Of a stretch of 64,000 nucleotides of DNA, positions 1-8,196 are shown one piece after another. A model generated the notes under the pieces. The model had not been told where the DNA came from. It saw only the letters and a list, made by a program, of their open reading frames with translations, and ran no database searches. How positions within the stretch are numbered: the stretch's first letter is position 1; each line of letters begins with the position of its first letter. Source of the stretch: Alloprevotella sp. Lineage in GTDB: Bacteria; Bacteroidota; Bacteroidia; Bacteroidales; Bacteroidaceae. The DNA is taken from positions 48,294 through 112,293 of the forward strand of contig JBGVGJ010000058.1 of assembly GCA_045121635.1 (NCBI GenBank), written 5' to 3'. The translations under genes and the position numbers were made by a program.

Positions 1-1012
1 CTTCCTCCAGATGGCTACTGAAGTCAGCAAGGAATTCCCCGTGGTAGTTTCTCAATTCATGCAGGAAACTAAGGAAATCGAATTCGACGCCGTTGCTCAG
101 AATGGTGAAGTCGTTGAATACGCAATCTCTGAACACGTTGAATTTGCCGGCGTACACTCAGGCGACGCTACACTCGTATTCCCCGCTCAGCAGATATACT
201 TCGCAACAGCACGTCAAATCAAGAAGATTGCACGTCAGATTGCTAAGGAACTCAACATCTCAGGTCCCTTCAACATGCAGTTCCTTGCTAAGGGCAACCA
301 GGTGAAGGTAATTGAATGTAACCTCCGCGCCAGCCGCTCATTCCCCTTCGTTAGTAAGATTTTGAAGCGCAACTTCATCGAAACGGCTACACGCATCATG
401 CTCGATGCACCCTACAGCCGTCCCGACAAGAGCGCGTTCGACATTGACCGCATCGGTGTGAAGGCCAGCCAGTTCTCATTCGCACGCCTTCAGAATGCCG
501 ACCCCGTGCTCGGCGTAGATATGAGTTCAACAGGTGAAGTAGGTTGCCTTGGCGACGACTACCACGAAGCGCTCCTCAACGCCCTCATCGCTACGGGTTA
601 CTCAATCCCCAAGAAGAACATCCTCATCTCTTCTGGCGAAGCTCACGGCAAGGTTGACCTTCTCGAACCCTCACAGATGCTCGCTGCTAACGGTTACACC
701 CTCTACGCAACGAAGGGCACTGCGAAGTTCCTCAAGGAAAACGGCGTTGACGCAATCGAAGTTTCTTGGCCCGATGAAGAAGGCGACAACAAGATCATGG
801 ACATGATTTCCGCTCATGCTTTCGACCTCATCGTAAATGTTCCCAAGAACCACACGAAGCGCGAACTCACTAACGGTTACAAGATTCGTCGCGGAGCAAT
901 CGACCACAACATCCCCTTGCTCACTAACGCACGCCTCGCAAAGGCATTCATCGAATCATTCTGCGCAATGAAGCTCGAAGACATCCAGATTAAGAGCTGG
1001 CAGGAATATTAA
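1..1012 (+). CDS. carB: carbamoyl-phosphate synthase large subunit, C-terminal part (5'-partial; the ORF continues upstream of the window)
   Basis: ORF 11..1012 is open to the window edge. The sequence matches the CarB oligomerisation / MGS-like region (NMQFLAKGNQVKVIECNLRASRSFPFVSK...MGS-like tail). A hairpin plus T-run terminator follows the stop. Confidence 0.8.
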   Translation, partial: FLQMATEVSKEFPVVVSQFMQETKEIEFDAVAQNGEVVEYAISEHVEFAGVHSGDATLVFPAQQIYFATARQIKKIARQIAKELNISGPFNMQFLAKGNQVKVIECNLRASRSFPFVSKILKRNFIETATRIMLDAPYSRPDKSAFDIDRIGVKASQFSFARLQNADPVLGVDMSSTGEVGCLGDDYHEALLNALIATGYSIPKKNILISSGEAHGKVDLLEPSQMLAANGYTLYATKGTAKFLKENGVDAIEVSWPDEEGDNKIMDMISAHAFDLIVNVPKNHTKRELTNGYKIRRGAIDHNIPLLTNARLAKAFIESFCAMKLEDIQIKSWQEY

Positions 1013-1035
1013 TCGACAACTACAATCCCACTATA

Positions 1036-1069
1036 AAGGGCGCATCATTTGTTGGTGCGCCCTTTTTGT
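1036..1069 (+). terminator. rho-independent terminator after carB
   Basis: aagggcgcaTCATTTGTTGgtgcgccc forms a hairpin followed by ttttt. Confidence 0.6.
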
Positions 1070-1374
1070 ATACTTCCCTAAAGTCCATAAACATCAAAAT
1101 TCTAAGACATTACTTCCACCTAAAAACTATATCCGTTTTTGCAGAGAATTATTAGTAACCTAAAAAAAATTATTAGTAAGATAATTAAAAATAGGTTGCT
1201 AATAATTTTCACTACAATAGATTGGATAAAAACGCGCAATTATTTAAGTAAAAATATTAGGCAAGTTGCATCTACTTGCCCTAAATACAAACCTCACCTG
1301 TAAACTCTGTATTTTGCTTTCCAAATTTCACTAATAAATAGTAACTTTGTCAAGTCATTAACAAATTCTCTGAT

Positions 1375-4152
1375 ATGAAAAATTGGAATATTGGAATGCT
1401 GGCATTGGCGGCAGTATCGGAACCAATGGTGGCGCAGGAGCGCGCTGATGTGGAACCTTATTTGAAGATGCGCCCCAATGTGGTGATGATTTATGCCGAC
1501 GACCTCGGTTTTGGCGACTTGGAATGTTATGGCGCCGTTGGGGTGCAAACGCCTAATGTCAACCGATTGGCGGAGGGCGGTGTGCGCTTCACAAATGCGC
1601 ATGCCGTAGCGGCTACGAGTACGCCCTCGCGCTATGCCCTACTCACGGGGCAATATCCTTGGCGCAAGGCGGGTACGGACGTTGCGGCTGGAGATGCGGG
1701 TATGATTATTTCGCCCGACCAACACACCGTGGCTGATGTCTTTAAGGAAGCAGGTTACACTACCGCCGCCTTCGGAAAGTGGCACCTCGGATTGGGTGCT
1801 GAAACGGGCAAGCAGGATTGGAATGCTCCTATTACGCCAGCGTTGGCAGACATTGGTTTTGACTATTCCTACATCATGGCGGCTACGGCCGACCGCGTGC
1901 CGTGTGTGTTCATTGAGAACGGTGCGGTGGCTAACTACGACCCCTCGGCGCCCATCTACGTGAATTACAATAAGAATTTTGACGGCGAACCCACGGGTGC
2001 TGCCAATCCCGAATTGTGTTACAACTTAAAGTCGAGTCACGGACACAACAACTCTATCGTCAACGGCATCGGGCGCATTGGTTACATGAAGGGCGGAGGT
2101 AAGGCGCTTTGGAAGGATGAGAACATTGCCGACAGCATTACGGTGCACGCCGTGGACTTTATCCGTGAGAATCGCGAGAAGCCCTTCTTCATGTACTTTG
2201 CCACGAACGACGTCCACGTGCCCCGCTTCCCCCACGAGCGTTTCCGCGGAAAGAGCGAAATGGGTTTGCGCGGTGATGCCATTGTGCAATTTGACTGGAG
2301 CGTAGGCGAGATTATCCGCACGCTCGAAGAGCAGGGTTTGCTTGAGAATACGGTAATCATCCTTACGAGCGACAACGGCCCTGTGCTTGATGATGGTTAC
2401 GTAGATCAGGCGGAAGAACTCGTGGGCGAACACAGCCCTACGGGAGGTCTTCGTGGCGGTAAGTATAGCGCCTATGAGGGTGGTACACGCGTGCCCTTCA
2501 TCGTTCATTGGCCAGCGGTTATCAAGGAGCAGGCGGTGAGCAATGCCCTTGTTTCGCAGATTGACTTCCTCGACGTTATGGCAAGCATCTCGGGCGCCGG
2601 AAATGGCGAATCACGCTCAATGGATGGTTTCCCCGGAGAGGTCGCAACATGGTTTGGCAACGACACGCAAGGGCGCCCCTTCGCTATGGGAATGGCTCAA
2701 AACCACACGCTCACGCTCCGCACGACTACCTGGAAGTTCATCGAACCCAAGGGCGGTGCGGCAATGATTCCTTGGGGACCGGAGATTGAAACGGGTTACT
2801 CCACCACTCCCCAGATTTTCAAGTACACCGAAAGCACTCCGGATGAAACGCAGAACCTCGCCACTGACAACCCCGCCATTGTGAATAACCTCTCTGCCCA
2901 ACTCGAGAAGATTCGCAACCGACAATATGATGAAATCTCCATCATCGCCAAGGCGGGCGAAACTATCGACTTGACTCCCTATTTCGGGGCACAAGAAGGG
3001 GCCATCGTAACGGGCGACTTCATCTCGGGCGATGCCACCGACCTCAAGAAGATTACCATCAAGAGCGACCTCAGCGACGGTGCACACACGGGAGTTGTGA
3101 CCCTACCCAACGGCACGATATACCTCTTCTCCGTCATCATCAACCCCGAGTTTCATGGTGCCTACCACATCAATTACAACGGCAGTCCCCTATTCATCGG
3201 TTACAACACCACCCACGACAATAGTGGGAGCGAGGGTTACAAACTGATTTCCCCCGACCACTACTCTACCACCGCGCCTGGCGATGAAATCTTCATCATT
3301 CGCCCCTCGGGAGCGGGGTTTATGCTCTCCATGCAAGGCAAAGTCCTTCAGGAACCCAAACTCACCAAGTGGGGACACATCCTCTTTTCCGACAATGAGT
3401 CAGAAGCAGGTAACTACCTTTTTGAAGAGACTTCAACGGCCGACATCTACAAGATTCGTAGCAGTAGCGAGGGTATCAACTACATGAATGTCTATAGGGA
3501 ACACGGTGTAGCGGGCAACGACAAGGCCACCAAGGCAGGGCTTGCCACATATACCATTGAGCAAGTCGCCACCTTTCCCCTCACCTTTCCCTCCGACGGC
3601 GTAACCTCCCTCTGCCTGCCCTTCAATGTCATCATTCCCGAAGGCGTCATTGCCTATGATGCAACGCCGACCGACATCAAGGAGAACGGAGCGAATAGGT
3701 ATAGTTGCACCATGCAAGCCATAGCAGGGGCCGGCGAAACCCTCAAGAGCGGCACGCCCACAATCGTGAGCGGAAGCGAAGGCACGCATCAGTTCGTCAT
3801 CACGATGTCCGATAGCGAAGCCGTTACTTCCCTCCCCTCTTCCCTACTCAAGGGCAACTATGTAGAGGCAAATCTATCACAAACGGGCGATGCAACGAAA
3901 TTCCTCCTTGCCGAAAAAACGTTCAAGGCATTCACTGGTTCGCAACCCATCGCCGCCAACCAATGCTGGTTAGAATGCGACTTAGCACAAGCAAGCGAAA
4001 TCATCGCGGAGTTTAACACCCCCACCGGTATTCAAGGCACGCTCAACTCACAACCACAAAGTAGCACCATCTATAGCGTGGCGGGCAAACGCCTAAGCGC
4101 GCCTCAAAGGGGCATCAATATCATTGACCAGAAAAAGGTGCTTGTGAAGTAG
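1375..4152 (+). CDS. sulfatase (Ser-type) with long C-terminal extension and T9SS C-terminal sorting domain
   Basis: The N-terminal 480 aa is a sulfatase fold (DDLGFGD, active-site S-T-P-S-R in AATSTPSRYALLTGQYP, TSDNGP). The C-terminus ...IYSVAGKRLSAPQRGINIIDQKKVLVK is a typical Por/T9SS CTD. Confidence 0.8.
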   Translation: MKNWNIGMLALAAVSEPMVAQERADVEPYLKMRPNVVMIYADDLGFGDLECYGAVGVQTPNVNRLAEGGVRFTNAHAVAATSTPSRYALLTGQYPWRKAGTDVAAGDAGMIISPDQHTVADVFKEAGYTTAAFGKWHLGLGAETGKQDWNAPITPALADIGFDYSYIMAATADRVPCVFIENGAVANYDPSAPIYVNYNKNFDGEPTGAANPELCYNLKSSHGHNNSIVNGIGRIGYMKGGGKALWKDENIADSITVHAVDFIRENREKPFFMYFATNDVHVPRFPHERFRGKSEMGLRGDAIVQFDWSVGEIIRTLEEQGLLENTVIILTSDNGPVLDDGYVDQAEELVGEHSPTGGLRGGKYSAYEGGTRVPFIVHWPAVIKEQAVSNALVSQIDFLDVMASISGAGNGESRSMDGFPGEVATWFGNDTQGRPFAMGMAQNHTLTLRTTTWKFIEPKGGAAMIPWGPEIETGYSTTPQIFKYTESTPDETQNLATDNPAIVNNLSAQLEKIRNRQYDEISIIAKAGETIDLTPYFGAQEGAIVTGDFISGDATDLKKITIKSDLSDGAHTGVVTLPNGTIYLFSVIINPEFHGAYHINYNGSPLFIGYNTTHDNSGSEGYKLISPDHYSTTAPGDEIFIIRPSGAGFMLSMQGKVLQEPKLTKWGHILFSDNESEAGNYLFEETSTADIYKIRSSSEGINYMNVYREHGVAGNDKATKAGLATYTIEQVATFPLTFPSDGVTSLCLPFNVIIPEGVIAYDATPTDIKENGANRYSCTMQAIAGAGETLKSGTPTIVSGSEGTHQFVITMSDSEAVTSLPSSLLKGNYVEANLSQTGDATKFLLAEKTFKAFTGSQPIAANQCWLECDLAQASEIIAEFNTPTGIQGTLNSQPQSSTIYSVAGKRLSAPQRGINIIDQKKVLVK

Positions 4153-4549
4153 CGAGCGCTTGTTCTACAACGATTGAAACACCAGAATTCATACATCCAC
4201 ATTGCCGATAACAAGGTAGTGTGGATTTCTTTTTTGTTAGGGTTGGTTTGAAAAATGAAACGCTATCTCCTCCCGTTTAACCACCTATTCACTTACAGAA
4301 AACTAAGTCTCTAATAGAAAAAAATATTTGAGACTTAATTAAAATTCTTTGAGACTTAGTTTTTAGCAACTCCCATTCTTTTCAAACACCACCTATTTTA
4401 TGGCTTAAAGAAGGACTCCTCACCCTTACAAAATCTTAAAATACTATAAATATCGTAGTTAATTACTATTTTTATCGTAGAAAGTATTTTCCAATTAAAA
4501 TCTTACTACTATATTTGCCGTAGAAAATAAAAACACAACAATTATAGCT

Positions 4550-4915
4550 ATGAAACAAAAGAATTTGACGAAGGCAGAATTGCAATTGATGAACATACTT
4601 TGGGCGAAAGGTGAAGCCACGGTGAGTGAAATTATTGAGGCAATGGGCGAACCGAAACCTGCTTATACTACGGTGCTCACCGTGATGCAAGTATTGACAC
4701 GCAAGGAAGTAGTATTCCCCGAGCGCCGAGGCAAGGCACACGTATTCCGCCCCCTACTCTCGCGCGAAGAATACATCAACGGCTTCATGCACGAAACGCG
4801 CGACACGCTCTTCCACGGTTCGCTCCGCAACTTCCTCTCTTATTTCGTAAAGAGCGAGAAGTTGAGCAAGGAAGAACTTCAGGAAATTCTTGAAGAAATC
4901 AATGGCGAGAAGTAA
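4550..4915 (+). CDS. BlaI/MecI/CopY-family transcriptional repressor
   Basis: 121-aa winged-helix protein whose N-terminus MKQKNLTKAELQLMNILWAKGEATVSEIIEAM is typical of the penicillinase-repressor family. A BlaR1-family gene follows directly. Confidence 0.8.
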   Translation: MKQKNLTKAELQLMNILWAKGEATVSEIIEAMGEPKPAYTTVLTVMQVLTRKEVVFPERRGKAHVFRPLLSREEYINGFMHETRDTLFHGSLRNFLSYFVKSEKLSKEELQEILEEINGEK

Positions 4916-4966
4916 ACGGAATTACACAAGAGATATTAAACCCATTCAACGAATTTCTCCCGCTCC

Positions 4967-6748
4967 ATGATAAGTTCATTTTATCCCCTGCTCTACGGCT
5001 ACGCCAGCATGATGCTCGTGTCCGTTTTGCTGCTGGTTTTCTACATCATATTCCTCTCCAGGAAGCACTCATTCCGCTTCCAACGCAGTTACTTGCTCGC
5101 CATCCCCGTGGTGTGCTTGTTGCAGGTGGGGGCATCCTTCGCGAAGTCTTATTTTGAGGCACAACAAACACCCGAAGTATTGACGATGACGCAAGCGGAA
5201 GCAGATGTTTACCTCAAGGAGCATCCCGAGGCAGTGATGCAACAAGAGGTAATCCCGACGCTCCCCGAACCGCAAGTAGGAACAGAAATGCCAACCGAGG
5301 AAGTTGCTCCAACGGAAGCGCCATCCGTCATTTCATTCACCGAAGCGTCGTTGCGCACAACCCTCTGCATCGCCCTCCCTGCGGAGTCTGCCGTCTTGCT
5401 CCTCATTATAATAGTGCCCCTCGTGCAATTGCGCTTCAAGATGCGCAAACTCTCGTTCGAGGGTGATAGTTCCAACGGCAATATCCTGCGTGCGGCGTGG
5501 ATACAAACGCCCTTCTCCTTCGGACGCCTGATATTCTTGCCCGCTGGTCGCACACCCGCCGATGAGCGTCTGTTTATCCAACACGAACAAGCCCACATCG
5601 CTTGCCGACATTACATTGATGTGTGGACAATTGAGTTGCTCACGCGCCTCTTGTGGTTCAACCCCGTATTATGGATGGTGCGCAAGACGCTACGCGACCT
5701 TCACGAATTCGAAGCCGACCGCCTCGTACTCGAACAAGGTGCGGATGCCTACACCTATCAGTGCCTACTCGTGGGCGAAGCTTCGGAAGATTGTAGCATT
5801 ATTGCCAACGGTTTCAACAACTCCTTCATCCGCCGTCGCATCAAGGAAATGAAGCGCACGGAGCGCATAGGCGTTAGTCGCTTTGGCAAACTCCTTACCG
5901 CCTTGTGGGTAATTATGCTTATAGGCGCTACGGTTGCCTTTGCCCTACCCCAAAAGCCTGCTACGATTGTGCACATCATAAAAGACACACGCGTTATGGG
6001 CGTTGACACCTGCTATGTAGAAGAAAGCGCTACCCCAACGCAAGTAACCATAACGCAACCCTCATTTATCGTACATGGGCATGGGGATTCCTCGGAGTTT
6101 ACGAGCATCGTTAGCGAGACTCCCGATAGCATGTATTCACAACACTTAATCGTCAAATACCCTGCTCGCTCAAAAGAAGAAGCAACTGCTATTTCGAGTC
6201 GCATACAAAATCAGGTGCAAATCGTGCTCAAATTGTCAGATGTAGATAAGTTGCACCAAGATGCAAAGCAAGCACCTACCGCTCCATCTCCCGCGCCTCA
6301 ACAAGAGGCGAGCGAGGAACCTACCCCACAAAGCACCTCCACCGAATACGAATTTCCCACCCACGACCACAACGGTTGGCGCTATGTCATGGACCTTCCC
6401 TTGCACGACCCCAATGACCAACGTCGCATGTGGATTCGCCACGAGGGAAACGAAACCCACATCACCTTTGCGAAGTACATAAGTAGCGACGACGAACTCG
6501 TGCGCTTCGGAGGCCCCGATAGTTACATTGTTGACACTGCCACAGGTTACCATTACAAGGCCCGCCGTAGCATTCCCGCCTACGCCTGGCATTACTTCCA
6601 CGTCAAAGGCATGAAGGGAAAAACCGTGGACATCACCGTGGTCTTTCCTCGCATCCACGACACTGCCCGATGGATTTCACTCTACCAAGTTACCTCACAT
6701 TTGCAGAGTGGCGAGCGAATCAACGTAAAGCAACATTTGCAGAAATAA
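4967..6748 (+). CDS. BlaR1-family M56 membrane metalloprotease sensor
   Basis: N-terminal TM helices, a HExxH motif in the M56 context (QHEQAHIACRHYIDVW...EFEADR), a Pro-rich linker and a roughly 230-aa C-terminal domain of unknown type (not obviously TonB or PBP). The start could also be the downstream MML. Confidence 0.75.
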   Translation: MISSFYPLLYGYASMMLVSVLLLVFYIIFLSRKHSFRFQRSYLLAIPVVCLLQVGASFAKSYFEAQQTPEVLTMTQAEADVYLKEHPEAVMQQEVIPTLPEPQVGTEMPTEEVAPTEAPSVISFTEASLRTTLCIALPAESAVLLLIIIVPLVQLRFKMRKLSFEGDSSNGNILRAAWIQTPFSFGRLIFLPAGRTPADERLFIQHEQAHIACRHYIDVWTIELLTRLLWFNPVLWMVRKTLRDLHEFEADRLVLEQGADAYTYQCLLVGEASEDCSIIANGFNNSFIRRRIKEMKRTERIGVSRFGKLLTALWVIMLIGATVAFALPQKPATIVHIIKDTRVMGVDTCYVEESATPTQVTITQPSFIVHGHGDSSEFTSIVSETPDSMYSQHLIVKYPARSKEEATAISSRIQNQVQIVLKLSDVDKLHQDAKQAPTAPSPAPQQEASEEPTPQSTSTEYEFPTHDHNGWRYVMDLPLHDPNDQRRMWIRHEGNETHITFAKYISSDDELVRFGGPDSYIVDTATGYHYKARRSIPAYAWHYFHVKGMKGKTVDITVVFPRIHDTARWISLYQVTSHLQSGERINVKQHLQK

Positions 6749-6761
6749 AAAGTAAAAAAAC

Positions 6762-7469
6762 ATGAAGAGATTTCTGTTCCCCCTTATAACCCTTCTTCTC
6801 ATCACGTCATGCGGATGCGGTCCTAAGTATTACATTGTGGCCGAGCGCGATGAACAAGGCAAAATCCTCTCCGTAAGAGAAATGACGGAGGCAGAAAAAG
6901 CGGAGACAATGCGTCTGAAAAAGAACGCACTGACTTACGACACCATCCCCAACTTCCGCCTTGCCACACTCAAAAAGCCTGCCGAGAACTACGACCCCGA
7001 GGATTACAACACCTTTGCCGTCTATACCCATCCGCACACCGTGGCACCCTTACAGAGCCCCCAAGGCACTGACAATTTAGCGATATGGTGCACCAAGGAT
7101 GCCACCTACCTCGCTATCGTGGACGAGCAAATGTGGACCCGCAGATACCATCAAACATCCAAAGATTTTCACCTCCGCGATAGTCAAACAGGCAAAACCT
7201 ACCCCATCATCAAACTCTTGGGTTACCCCTTGGATCAGGTCTTTTGGATAGAAGGTGTGCCGGGCGAATGGCGTTGTCGCCTCCTTGTCTTCCCACCTCT
7301 CACGAAGCAATGCACAACCATTGACATCATCAACGACGGTCCTATGCCCAAGCATGTAAAGGGCACTACAGGTTGGGGCATTCGCAAATCTCTTTACAAA
7401 ATTCCCGTCAGCACACTTCAAGCACAACAACACATCGCCACGTTTAAGGAAACCGTGGTCGTGGAATAA
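6762..7469 (+). CDS. hypothetical lipoprotein, co-transcribed with the BlaI/BlaR1 pair
   Basis: 13-nt gap after the BlaR1-like gene. Signal peptide plus lipobox (LLITSCGCG). No recognisable domain. Confidence 0.6.
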   Translation: MKRFLFPLITLLLITSCGCGPKYYIVAERDEQGKILSVREMTEAEKAETMRLKKNALTYDTIPNFRLATLKKPAENYDPEDYNTFAVYTHPHTVAPLQSPQGTDNLAIWCTKDATYLAIVDEQMWTRRYHQTSKDFHLRDSQTGKTYPIIKLLGYPLDQVFWIEGVPGEWRCRLLVFPPLTKQCTTIDIINDGPMPKHVKGTTGWGIRKSLYKIPVSTLQAQQHIATFKETVVVE

Positions 7470-7491
7470 ACGCATACGCACGAACAACCCT

Positions 7492-7530
7492 GGGGAGCGG
7501 AAGCCCCAAACACCTCCGTTCCCCTTTTTC
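7492..7530 (+). terminator. probable terminator of the blaI-blaR-lipoprotein operon
   Basis: ggggagcgg...ccgttcccc stem followed by ttttt. Confidence 0.45.
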
Positions 7531-7747
7531 ACCCACTGATGTGCTATAAAAATAGTATGACGCAAAACGATATTCCACTTACCAAAAGTTAAGTCGGAGA
7601 TAATTTGAATGAAGTGCCTAATAGTTTTAGGGAGTTCAAAGTTTATTTTGACTTGCTTGGAAATGGTATTTTATAAACCTAATTTTTAGAAACAAATGAG
7701 AAAGGAACTTGCAGATGTCCGCCATTTAGGGATTAGCATTCTTTCAT

Positions 7748-7965
7748 GACGCTGAAGGCGTCACCGCTCAATAACCAGGGTGTTTGAGCGAAGCGAATAC
7801 CCCTGGTAGCGAGACACTGATGAGATGCACCCTGACGGGGTGCCCCAGCACATGCTCCAATTAATGGGGCACACCCTTCGGGGTGCATCGATGGGGAGTA
7901 CCCACATCCCTGGGTATTCGCGATGCTCAAACCCAGGGTTACTGAGCGGAGACGCTTTCAGCGTC
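7748..7965. repeat. MITE-like structured element with long imperfect terminal inverted repeats
   Basis: The termini gacgctgaaggcgtc / gacgctttcagcgtc are each a self-palindrome and together an inverted pair. The adjacent arms ccgctcaataaccagggtgtttgagcg and cgatgctcaaacccagggttactgagcgg are about 85% inverted copies. Internal hairpins include gcacccTGACGgggtgc and gcacacccTTCGgggtgc. No ORF is present. Confidence 0.5.
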
Positions 7966-8107
7966 TAACGTACACTTTGAAAACACCGATTTATTACCCT
8001 ACCAAAAAAATATAAAATTTCCCTAAAAAATCTGTCACAAAAAAGCCTCTCGATCGTTATATAATTAGAGACGCATCTTTTATACTCTGAGTTCAATTCC
8101 TGCACAG

Positions 8108-8143
8108 CCTTAAAACCTTATAACCTCAGAACCTCATAACCTA
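8108..8143. repeat. family-1 repeat, short copy A
   Basis: ccttaaaaccttataacctcagaacctcataacc, upstream of the outer-membrane protein gene. Confidence 0.5.
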
Positions 8144-8196
8144 TGGAGTTGAGCTCTTGCGAAACGACTATCTATAACACTTAACGCATAATTTTC

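Noticed and set aside
7816-7840. CUGAUGAG followed by a GC hairpin (gcacccTGACGgggtgc), reminiscent of a hammerhead ribozyme core
   Set aside because: No GAAA after stem II, and no stem I / stem III partners or cleavage-site GUC in the right place. Judged coincidental within the MITE-like element.
7830-7900. GGGGUGCC strings resembling the 5' part of a TPP (THI-box) riboswitch upstream of a TonB-dependent-like gene
   Set aside because: The CUGAGA and ACCUGAUCUGG...GCGUAGGGA THI-box segments are absent on both strands. The cobalamin B12-box is also absent.
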